Below are positions 25,438 through 33,060 of a DNA stretch of 34,232 nucleotides, piece after piece. The position numbers were made by a program, and so were the translations under genes. The DNA is from an uncultured Acidimicrobiaceae bacterium (GTDB lineage Bacteria; Actinomycetota; Acidimicrobiia; Acidimicrobiales; MedAcidi-G1): positions 1 through 34,232 of the forward strand of contig CAJXIS010000001.1 of assembly GCA_913054115.1 (NCBI GenBank), given 5' to 3'. Within the stretch, counting starts at the first letter, position 1; each line of letters opens with the position of its first letter. Below the pieces are notes generated by a model, which saw only the letters and a program-made list of their open reading frames with translations, was not told the origin of the DNA and searched no databases.

Positions 25438-27504
25438 GTGTCAGATATGGCTTCACCTGTTCAGGTAGGTGCGGAGTTCGAGGCATGGCTCCTCGCCAAC
25501 GCCGACGAGCTGGCGCACCTTCGGGTGCCGCAACCGGATGCCGACCGGAGGGTCGAGACCCTCAGAGAGCTCCAGTCGAGGCTCTACGACGCCGGCTGGG
25601 CTGGTGTCGGCTGGCCGGTCGAGGCCGGGGGTCGAGGGGGGTCGATCCTCCACCGGGCGGTGATCTATGAACAGCTGGCTTCCGCCGGCTACCCACCGAG
25701 ATTCGTCTACGAGCACCTGGAGGTGCTCCTGCCGTCGTTGGTTCGCTTCGGCAACCCAGCCCTGATGGCGGAACTCCTGCCCCGGATGCTCCGAGGGGAG
25801 GAGACCTGGAGTCAGGGTTTCTCCGAACCGGGCGCCGGCAGCGACTTCGCCGCCCTGCGAACCAGGGCGACGCCCGACGGCGACTCCTGGCTCATCAACG
25901 GTCACAAGATCTGGACGAGTTGGTCGAAATGGGCCAGGCGCTGCCTCGTTGTCGCCCGAACCGGGTCGCTCGAGTCGCGCCATCGCGGGCTCTCGTGTTT
26001 CGTCGTCGATCTCGAGGCACCGGGGGTGACCGTCGTCCCCATCAACCATTCGAACGGCTCGCCGGAGTTGGCGGAGGTGTTCTTCGACGACGTTGGTGTG
26101 GATTCGACCGCGCTCGTCGGGGAGGTCGACGGGGGTTGGGAGGTGGCGATGTATCTGCTGTCGTGTGAGCGTGGCTCATTCGCCTGGCAGCGCAACACCT
26201 ACCTCTATCAGCGCCTTGCCGAGTTCGCCTCCAGCACCACCGACTCCGCCGATGTCGAGCGCATCGGCAACAGCGTGGCCGACCTGTTCGCGGTCCGCAC
26301 GAGATCGTGGTCCACGATGCGTGAGCTCGCTGCCGACGGAGCCCCCGGACCCCAATCGGCGGTGAACAAGGCGCTCCTCGCCGACGCCGAGCAGTACCTC
26401 TTCGAGACCGGTGACCGGGTCAGCCCGTCGGGTCTCATGTGGACGAATTGCGACAGGGACGAGGTGCTTCAGGAGGAACTGCTGTTCTCCCATGCAATCT
26501 CGATCTACGGCGGCACCCGCCAGATCCAGAACCTGACGGTCTTTCGCCAACTCGTCGCCGGTCATACCGTCAGCCCTGCGGACGAGTACCTCGAGGCGAC
26601 GCTGGCGGCGCTTGCCGATCCGGCCGGCCCGGAGAGTGGCCTTCTGGCGATCGGCTTCGAAGACGTCGTCCACGACCTCGGGTCCGAGGACAACCGGCGC
26701 GCGGTCGGGGCCACCTTCGAGGCGGCCGGTCGACTCGCAGTGCCGGTCTCCGCTCTCGCTCGACTTCTTGAGGCCATTCTCGGTGACGGCCACACGTTGG
26801 CACTCTCGACACACCCATCCGGGGACGGCCGACTGACCGTCGTCATCGACGCTGCGGCGAGTCGGGACGACATGGTCGTCTTCGAACACGCCGGGCAGTG
26901 GATGCGACTGCCCGGGCAGGAGATCGACTGGTCGGGGCCGACGCAGTTCCTCGTTCCTGGCCGGCTGCACGTAGGCGTCGTCGACCCGGCTGCCGCCGGG
27001 TCTTCGACCCCGGGGGCGCCGGGCACGGCCATGATGTACGCGAGGATCGCCCTCGCGCACGAGGTTCTCGGCGCCGTCGATGCGATGTTCGATGTAGCCG
27101 TCGAGCATGCGAAGCAGCGCGAGCAGTTCGGCGCTCCCCTCGCGTCATTCCAGGCGGTGCAGTTCATGCTCGCCGAGTCACACATCGCCCGAACCGCTCT
27201 TCGGGAGGTGTGCACGGCGACACTTCGTTGTCCGACCGAAGACGCCGCGAATCTCACGAAACTGCTCGCCGGCCGACTCGGTCGTGGTGTCGGCCGAGCG
27301 ACCCTCCAGGTACTCGGGGCCATCGGGTTCACCGACGAGCATCCACACCACACATGGTTTCACCGCATCCTGACCGTCGATGCGCTCGCAGGGCGATCCG
27401 TCGGCCTGGCTCGTCAGATCGGGCGAGGGGTCGTCGCCGGCGGGAAGGTACCCGTCGGTCTCGAGGTCGCCGAACTCCCGGATGGTGCCTCGGCGTCGAT
27501 CTGA
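25438..27504 (+). CDS. Two-module (alpha-beta fused) acyl-CoA dehydrogenase
   Basis: 688 aa. The N-half is a complete ACAD (WSQGFSEPGAGSDFAALRTRATPDGDSWLINGHKIWTS ... IYGGTRQIQNLTVFRQL). The C-half is a second, degenerate ACAD-like module with only the C-terminal helices clearly conserved (EHAKQREQFGAPLASFQAVQFMLAE, LQVLGAIGFTDEHPHHTWFHR). Confidence 0.82.
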   Translation: MSDMASPVQVGAEFEAWLLANADELAHLRVPQPDADRRVETLRELQSRLYDAGWAGVGWPVEAGGRGGSILHRAVIYEQLASAGYPPRFVYEHLEVLLPSLVRFGNPALMAELLPRMLRGEETWSQGFSEPGAGSDFAALRTRATPDGDSWLINGHKIWTSWSKWARRCLVVARTGSLESRHRGLSCFVVDLEAPGVTVVPINHSNGSPELAEVFFDDVGVDSTALVGEVDGGWEVAMYLLSCERGSFAWQRNTYLYQRLAEFASSTTDSADVERIGNSVADLFAVRTRSWSTMRELAADGAPGPQSAVNKALLADAEQYLFETGDRVSPSGLMWTNCDRDEVLQEELLFSHAISIYGGTRQIQNLTVFRQLVAGHTVSPADEYLEATLAALADPAGPESGLLAIGFEDVVHDLGSEDNRRAVGATFEAAGRLAVPVSALARLLEAILGDGHTLALSTHPSGDGRLTVVIDAAASRDDMVVFEHAGQWMRLPGQEIDWSGPTQFLVPGRLHVGVVDPAAAGSSTPGAPGTAMMYARIALAHEVLGAVDAMFDVAVEHAKQREQFGAPLASFQAVQFMLAESHIARTALREVCTATLRCPTEDAANLTKLLAGRLGRGVGRATLQVLGAIGFTDEHPHHTWFHRILTVDALAGRSVGLARQIGRGVVAGGKVPVGLEVAELPDGASASI

Positions 27505-27610
27505 AGGGCCATTTCCCGCTCGGCGACGGTCATCGACTGCCGGCGGGCACGGGCGGTTGTCTGCATCCCGCGGGAACGACAGTGGTCAGACCTGTGCGTA
27601 TTCTCACCCC

Positions 27611-28432
27611 GTGGCCAGCGTGCGAGTCGATCCGACAACCGTTGATGCGTACGCCGCCGATGGGGCGGTGTGCCTGCGCGGGCTGTTCACCGACTGGGTG
27701 GACGTCCTGGCTGCCGGCGTGGCCCGCAACGAGGCCGAACCGAGCGGGTTCTTCAACGACAACGGGACATCCGGCGACTCCGGCCGCTTCTGGGACGACT
27801 ACTGCAACTGGGACCGCATCCCGGAATACGAGCGCTTCGCCTTCGAGTCCGAGGTGGGTGCCATCGCCGCAGAGCTGATGCGGTCCGAGACAGTGCAGTT
27901 GTTCCACGAGCACGTGCTGGTCAAGGAACCGGGGGCGCCACGCCACACGCCCTGGCACTGCGACACCCCGTACTACTTCGTCGAGGGCACGCAGACGGTC
28001 AGCATCTGGATCCCCCTCGACCCGGTGCCCCTGGAGTCGACCCTGCGGCTCATCCGCGGCTCGCATCTCTGGGACGCAGCGGTCCACCCGGTCAGTTGGA
28101 CGACGGGCGACGGCTTCTACGGCGACGACGAGACGACCCACAGCGCAGGCTTCCGGCCGGCACCCGACCCGGATGCAGAGCCCGACCGGTTCGAGATCCT
28201 GGAGTGGGCGGTCGAACCCGGCGACGCCGTGGCGTTCCACTTCAACACGGTGCACGGCGCCAGGGGCTCTTCGCACCTGCGCCGCGCCTTTTCGCTGCGG
28301 GTCGTGGGCGACGACGCCCGCTATGTGGAGCGCCGGGGTCGGACCTCGCCGCCGTTCGACGGCCACGACATGGTCGACGGCCAGCGGCTCCGCGAGGACT
28401 GGTTCCCGATGCTCCCCGCTGTCCGGCACTGA
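27611..28432 (+). CDS. Phytanoyl-CoA dioxygenase (PhyH)-family Fe(II)/2-oxoglutarate oxygenase, paralog 1
   Basis: HxD iron motif in TPWHCD, VSIWIPLD, IRGSHLW and the distal His in FNTVHGA. The start is GTG 27611 or 27620; upstream ORF sequence is Arg/Pro-rich non-coding-looking. Confidence 0.8.
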   Translation: MASVRVDPTTVDAYAADGAVCLRGLFTDWVDVLAAGVARNEAEPSGFFNDNGTSGDSGRFWDDYCNWDRIPEYERFAFESEVGAIAAELMRSETVQLFHEHVLVKEPGAPRHTPWHCDTPYYFVEGTQTVSIWIPLDPVPLESTLRLIRGSHLWDAAVHPVSWTTGDGFYGDDETTHSAGFRPAPDPDAEPDRFEILEWAVEPGDAVAFHFNTVHGARGSSHLRRAFSLRVVGDDARYVERRGRTSPPFDGHDMVDGQRLREDWFPMLPAVRH

Positions 28433-29256
28433 TGAGCGGCCCCTGGAGCACCGCCCTCACGGCCGAGCAGTACCGGTCCTACGCCGACGACGGCGTCGTC
28501 CACGTGCCGAACGCCGTCGATGCCGACCTGCTTGCGGAGATCGACGGCCTGGCCGACCGGCAACTGCAGGAGCCGGGGCCGTGGACCACCGACGATGGCG
28601 GGGAGCCGACGGCCGGGCGCCTGTTCACCACCCGCTACCTGTGGCGCAGCGAGCCGGCCATGCGCCGCTTCGTGTTCGAGTCGGGGGTGGCCGAGTTGGC
28701 GGCCACGCTCATGGGCTCGGCCTCGGCCCGCTTCTACTTCGATCACCTGCTGGTCAAGGAGCCGGGCACCGAGTCGCCGACCCCGTGGCATCAGGACATC
28801 GGCTACTGGCCGTTCCTGGGATCGCAGATCTGCTCGGTGTGAGTGGCCTGCACCGGGGCGAGCGTGGAGGAGAGTTCGCTCGAGTTCGTGCGGGGCTCGC
28901 ATCTCTGGGGCCGGTATTTCTCTCCGAAGCCGTTCACCGGGGAGTCCGAGTGGACGGCCGACTTCGAGGGCGAGCACTGTCCGGACATCAAAGCCGCACG
29001 CCACGACTACGACATCATCGGCTTCGACGTGGAGCCCGGCGATGCCGTGGTCTTCTCGGCGTGGACGGTCCACGGTGCTCCGGGCAATGCCGGCACGAAT
29101 CGCCGGACCGCCCTGTCGACGAGATGGCTGGGCGACGATGCCAGCTGGTCGCCGCATCCCGGCAGCGATCCCAGCGTGACCCAGGCCGACACCACGGCCG
29201 TGCCCGGGGAGTACCCGGCCGACGACGACCGCTTCCCACAGGTCTGGCCGGCCTGA
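28432..29256 (+). pseudogene. PhyH-family dioxygenase, paralog 2, interrupted by a single in-frame TGA (28840-28842)
   Basis: ATG 28432 overlaps the paralog-1 stop by 1 nt (TGATG). ORF-track pieces 28432..28842 and 28843..29256 are in the same frame. TPWHQD, VRGSHLW and WTVHGAP are all intact. The TGA aligns with the Trp of VSIW in paralog 1. Confidence 0.8.
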
Positions 29257-29269
29257 CGGCAGGTTCCGC

Positions 29270-30565
29270 TCAGCCGCCTTCGGGGGATGCCGCCATGGCC
29301 TGGAGTTGGGCGATGTCGAAGCCTGCCAGCGCCTTGTAGGCGTTCGCCTCGCGTTCGAGGTCGGCGGCGTCGACACAGGTGTGTCGGTCGGTGCAGGAGC
29401 CGTCGCACCGGTCCTTCACCCACTGCATGACCCGCTCGGGGCCGGCCTGCCGGTTCGCCAGCACCAGCCGGCTGGTCGCCTCCAGGCGCTGGTCCTCGTA
29501 CCGGGCCAGGGCCGTCGCGTGATCGGCCCCGGGCTCGAGTGCCTGTGCCAACGCCTCCGCATCGAGGATCGCCTGGCTGGCACCGTTGCTTCCGTTCGGT
29601 CGCATCGGGTGGGCGGCGTCACCCAGGAGCGTGACCCTGCCGTGTGACCAGCGCTCCAGTGGGTCGCGGTCGACCATGGGGAACCGGTAGGCGACCCGGC
29701 TGGATGCGATGAGCTCGCCGATGTGGATCCATCCGAAGTCCCACGCCTCGAACCAGGGGGCGATGTCGGCCGGGTCGACCGGGGTGTTCCAGTCGGCCTC
29801 CGCCGTGTCGTGCTCGACGGGGCGTTCGGCGACCCAGTTGACGAGCGCCGTGCCGCCGGCGGCCGCCGGGTCCCTGATCGGGTAGACGACCGCCTTCTGC
29901 TCGTCGTGGCCGGCCATGAACATCGTCCGGCCGTCGAGGAACGGCGCTGCCTCGACCGCTCCTCGCCACAGCACCAGGCCCGCGTGGTGGAGCGGGCCCT
30001 CGTCGGGGAACAGGTTCGAGCGGACGGCGGAGTGCAGGCCGTCGCAGCCCACCAGGATGTCACCACGAACCGGCTCGAGGGCGCGTCCGGTTCGGCGTTC
30101 GATGAAGCGCACGGTGACCCCGTCGTCGTCCTGGTCGAAGCCGTCGAGGTGGTGGCCGGTCCGGACCCGGTCAGGTCCCAACTCCTGTCGGACGGCGGCC
30201 AGCAGCAGCATCTGGAGCCGACCCCGGTGGATCGAGTACTGGGGCCAGGGGTTGCCGGCTGCGAGGCCCCGGGGCTCGGACCAGATGAGGGTCCCGTCGT
30301 CGCTGCAGAAGCGCAGTTCTCCGGTGAGGACGGCGCCTGCCGCCAGTGCCGGTTCGAGGCCCAGGTCGTGGAGGATCCGCACGGAGTGGGGCAGCAGGTT
30401 GATGCCCACGCCCAGCTCGTGTGGCTCTGCGACCGATTCGAAGACGGTCACGTCGTGGCCGGCACGGTGGAGACACAGCGCCGCCGTGAGCCCACCAATT
30501 CCGCCGCCGGCGATGAGCACACGGGCCCCGTCTCGCTGACCTGGCGATTCCCCGCTGGCTGCCAT
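29270..30565 (-). CDS. FAD-dependent aromatic-ring monooxygenase (salicylate-hydroxylase-like, group A flavoprotein)
   Basis: VLIAGGGIGGLTAALCLHRAGHDVTVFE (GxGxxG) and TLLGDAAHPMRPNGSNGASQAILDA. Start candidates are ATG 30565, GTG 30571 and TTG 30574. Confidence 0.86.
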   Translation of the reverse strand: MAASGESPGQRDGARVLIAGGGIGGLTAALCLHRAGHDVTVFESVAEPHELGVGINLLPHSVRILHDLGLEPALAAGAVLTGELRFCSDDGTLIWSEPRGLAAGNPWPQYSIHRGRLQMLLLAAVRQELGPDRVRTGHHLDGFDQDDDGVTVRFIERRTGRALEPVRGDILVGCDGLHSAVRSNLFPDEGPLHHAGLVLWRGAVEAAPFLDGRTMFMAGHDEQKAVVYPIRDPAAAGGTALVNWVAERPVEHDTAEADWNTPVDPADIAPWFEAWDFGWIHIGELIASSRVAYRFPMVDRDPLERWSHGRVTLLGDAAHPMRPNGSNGASQAILDAEALAQALEPGADHATALARYEDQRLEATSRLVLANRQAGPERVMQWVKDRCDGSCTDRHTCVDAADLEREANAYKALAGFDIAQLQAMAASPEGG

Positions 30566-30597
30566 GGGCACCAAGAGTATCCCGCCCCCGACAACGC

Positions 30598-30632
30598 AGA
30601 AGGCCCGGAACCGTTGCGATCCCGGGCCTTCT
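30598..30632 (-). terminator. Hairpin downstream of the tRNA fragment (11-bp stem AGAAGGCCCGG / CCGGGCCTTCT, 13-nt loop)
   Basis: Perfect 11-bp inverted repeat at 30598-30608 / 30622-30632. No strong U-tract, so a terminator role is inferred from its position 3' of the tRNA sequence. Confidence 0.5.
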
Positions 30633-30636
30633 CGTT

Positions 30637-30685
30637 TGGTGGCGGGGGCAGGATTTGAACTTGCGACCTTCGGGTTATGAGCCCG
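30637..30685 (-). pseudogene. tRNA-Met(CAT) 3' fragment (anticodon arm to CCA), non-functional copy
   Basis: The reverse complement reads GCGGG-CTCATAA-CCCGA-AGGTC-GCAAG-TTCAAAT-CCTGC-CCCCGCC-A-CCA. There is a T-stem A:C mismatch (GCAAG vs CCTGC) that R2 lacks. Upstream sequence (GGTGACCGAAGCCTAC) has no D-arm or 5' acceptor strand. Confidence 0.75.
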
Positions 30686-30797
30686 CGTAGGCTTCGGTCA
30701 CCAATGGCCAACATGGTCAGGACGGCCAGTATCCAAGCGGATCGGCATGCCGATCTGGTTACCGCTCACCTGCGAAGGCTCATCAAGCAGCCATTTC

Positions 30798-30817
30798 TGT
30801 GACAAATTTTGTGACAA
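30798..30817 (+). repeat. Double octamer TGTGACAA-ATTT-TGTGACAA (left copy)
   Basis: 19/20 identical to 34098-34117 in the same orientation. Lies 112 bp inside R1. Confidence 0.8.
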
Positions 30818-31007
30818 CAGAGCGTCCGACCCCACCCCCATCGACGGCCGCTATACACGGATACCACCGTCGGATTCAGACTCCGGGGCCTCTTCGCCGC
30901 CGGCACTATCGGGGCGGAGGGAGCGGGAGTCTTCGTTCCGTCGTACTGCTCGGAAATCGGCGTCGCAGGCCGGGCGTCGCCGTCCGGTAACTGGCAGGCT
31001 GTGTCCC

Positions 31008-31181
31008 GTGCACAACGAAGGCGAAGCCCTGGCCAAGTGGCTGTTCCTGGCCGGTGCCGTGGTGTTCGTGGTGGCGTCGATCCGAGCCGGCGACTTGCTG
31101 TTTACCGTCGGCTCGGTTCTCGTCCTCGCCGCCTGCGTGGTGTTCCTTGCCGGGCGTGGGCGCCCGACTCGCGACCGGTGA
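31008..31181 (+). CDS. Hypothetical small two-TM membrane protein (57 aa; weak call)
   Basis: In-frame GTG inside ORF 30747..31181. Only the tail KWLFLAGAVVFVVASIRAGDLLFTVGSVLVLAACVVFLAG looks protein-like (two hydrophobic helices). The upstream part of the ORF is low-complexity. Confidence 0.3.
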   Translation: MHNEGEALAKWLFLAGAVVFVVASIRAGDLLFTVGSVLVLAACVVFLAGRGRPTRDR

Positions 31182-31230
31182 CCGGTACCAGCCCGTCGGT
31201 CGGCGACTCACCTCCCGCTTGGAGGGAGAA

Positions 31231-32193
31231 GTGAGTGGACACGAAGGTGCTTGGGTGTCATTGGCGGTTAGCCTTCGCCAACTTTCTGCTGATTGTGAGC
31301 TCATTGTGAAACCACCGATCCTCCTTGATGGCGGTATGGGTCAGGAGTTGATCCGTCGAGGGGCTAACCGCAAATCCGACATGTGGGCAGCCTGGGCCCT
31401 GGTCCACGACCCCGAGTTGGTCACCGCAGTCCACACTGATTACGTCGCTGCCGGGGCGGACATACTCACCACCAACACCTACCACACTTCTGCCGACCGC
31501 CTTGAATATGTCGGCTTCGGAGACCGGACCGAGGAACTCACCCGTCTGGCTGGTCGGCTGGCCCGAGAGGTGGCCGACAACGCCGGCCATGACGTGATGG
31601 TTGCCGCATCGCTGCCACCCCTCCGCCACAGCTACAACCCGGATCCCGACGCCACCTACGAAGAACTCCTAGACGAGTACAGCGAGATGGTCGGGTACCT
31701 GGCCGAGAGTGTCGACTTGTTCCTGCCCGAGACCATGGGAACGTTGTTTGAGGCCCAAGCAGCCGTAGATGCCGCCCGCGAATCTGGTCGACCAGTGTGG
31801 GTCTCGTTCACCCTCCAGGGATCACCTGGCCCCCATCTGCTCGATGGCACGTCGTTCGCTGAAGCCGTCGCATCGATTGACGCCGACGCTTACCTAATCA
31901 ACTGTTGTCCCCCCGAAGAGATCTCTAATGCCCTCCCGATCCTCCGGGCGGCGACCAATCGCCTCGTTGGGGTGTACGCCAATGGGTTCCGCGATATGTC
32001 TTTGGGCTACCGGCGGCGGGAGGGAGACCCTCTGCCGTCTGCACGTACCGACATGGGAACGGATCGCTATGCGCAAATAGTGCTGGAGTGGGTAGACGCG
32101 GGAGCCGACATAGTCGGCGGGTGCTGTGAGATCGGTCCTGACCACATCGCTCGGATCCGCCAAGTGCTACCCCAGCCATATTCCGACCTCTAG
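31231..32193 (+). CDS. Homocysteine S-methyltransferase-family (Pfam S-methyl_trans type) zinc methyltransferase
   Basis: ILLDGGMGQELIRRG, ILTTNTYHTS, a Zn-ligand Cys in LINCCPPEE, and GGCCEIGPDHI. Start chosen at GTG 31231 (GGAGGGAG SD 5 nt upstream); the alternative is GTG 31306. GC content is visibly lower than in the 1-30.6 kb region. Confidence 0.8.
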   Translation: MSGHEGAWVSLAVSLRQLSADCELIVKPPILLDGGMGQELIRRGANRKSDMWAAWALVHDPELVTAVHTDYVAAGADILTTNTYHTSADRLEYVGFGDRTEELTRLAGRLAREVADNAGHDVMVAASLPPLRHSYNPDPDATYEELLDEYSEMVGYLAESVDLFLPETMGTLFEAQAAVDAARESGRPVWVSFTLQGSPGPHLLDGTSFAEAVASIDADAYLINCCPPEEISNALPILRAATNRLVGVYANGFRDMSLGYRRREGDPLPSARTDMGTDRYAQIVLEWVDAGADIVGGCCEIGPDHIARIRQVLPQPYSDL

Positions 32194-32208
32194 GAGTCCT
32201 GAACCAGC

Positions 32209-33054
32209 ATGGTTTCCCCAGATTTCGTCTACAGCCGCAGTTATCGCGGGAGCGTGAAGGCAGTCATCCTCGACTGGAGCGGGACCACCGCTGACGCCTA
32301 TGTCATAGCTCCCGCGGTCGTATTCGTAGAGGTGTTTTCCAAGCACGGCGTCGAGATCTCAATGGAGGAGGTCCGGGGACCGATGGGCTTGCGTAAGGAC
32401 CTCCACATCAAGGCTCTCACCGAAGATCCCACGATACGGGAGCGGTGGAAGGGCGTTCACGGCAGATATCCGGACCAGTCCGACGTCGACACGATGTTCG
32501 AGCGTTTTGTACCGCTGCAACTGGAATGCCTGCCCAAATACACCACGTTGTTGCCGGACGTAGCCGAGGTAACGACCAAACTGCAGGCCGACGGTATCAA
32601 GATCGGGTCAACCACCGGTTTTACACGGCCAATGGTCGATATCTTGGAATCGGCGGCCAAGAAGCAGGGCTACGAGCCGGATGCTTCCGTCGCAGGGGAT
32701 GAGGTGATCCACGGAGCGCGGCCAAAGCCGTTCATGGTGTATCGCAACCTCGACCTTTTGGATGTTCATCCCATTCAGTCGGTGGTGAAGGTCGATGACA
32801 CGGTGAGCGGAGTCGGGGAAGCGCTCGAAGCTGGATGTTGGGGTGTCGGCATCGCTCGCTATTCGAACTACATGAACGTCAACTCGCTCGAAGAGATCGA
32901 TCAGCTCACTGACGATGACATTGCACGGCGCCTTGCCCATACTCGAGACCTGCTTGGCAAAGCAGGGGCTCACTATGTCATCGATGGCTTCGGCGAACTC
33001 CTCGATGTCATCGACGACATCAACTTCCGCCTCAAGAGAGGCGAGCGCCCCTGA
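32209..33054 (+). CDS. phnX: Phosphonoacetaldehyde hydrolase (phosphonatase), HAD superfamily
   Basis: AVILDWSGTTADAYVIAPAVVFVEVFSKHGVEISMEEVRGPMGLRKDLHIKALTE closely parallels the PhnX N-terminus as I recall it (DWAGTTVD ... PMGL.K..H). It includes the HAD DxxGT nucleophile motif and the Schiff-base Lys region. Confidence 0.85.
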   Translation: MVSPDFVYSRSYRGSVKAVILDWSGTTADAYVIAPAVVFVEVFSKHGVEISMEEVRGPMGLRKDLHIKALTEDPTIRERWKGVHGRYPDQSDVDTMFERFVPLQLECLPKYTTLLPDVAEVTTKLQADGIKIGSTTGFTRPMVDILESAAKKQGYEPDASVAGDEVIHGARPKPFMVYRNLDLLDVHPIQSVVKVDDTVSGVGEALEAGCWGVGIARYSNYMNVNSLEEIDQLTDDDIARRLAHTRDLLGKAGAHYVIDGFGELLDVIDDINFRLKRGERP

Positions 33055-33060
33055 GAACTC

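Larger units (their letters stand above)
30590..30685. repeat. Direct repeat R1 (hairpin plus tRNA 3' half); partner is R2 at 34143..34232
   Basis: Hand alignment finds about 8-9 differences over ~92 nt, with identical blocks GGTGGCGGGGGCAGGATTTGAAC and TGCGACCTTCGGGTTATGAG. Confidence 0.85.

Noticed and set aside
28840-28884. Selenocysteine or programmed recoding at the in-frame TGA of PhyH paralog 2, including a 6-bp hairpin CGAGCG(28859-64)/CGCTCG(28877-82) 17 nt downstream
   Set aside because: The aligned residue in the paralog is Trp, not Cys or Sec. The hairpin is short, which is common by chance at this GC content, and does not look like a bacterial SECIS. Many neighbouring genes use TGA as a genuine stop. 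It is kept only as a nonsense mutation, sequencing error or read-through question.
30448-30714. ORF 30448..30714(-) 88 aa and ORF 34012..34209(+) 65 aa
   Set aside because: They read through the tRNA fragment, the hairpin and the repeat sequences, and have no protein-like features.
30798-30817. TGTGACAA octamers as DnaA boxes
   Set aside because: The actinobacterial DnaA box complement is TGTGGACAA (9-mer). These octamers lack one G, and the context (a tRNA islet with no dnaA/dnaN) does not fit an origin.
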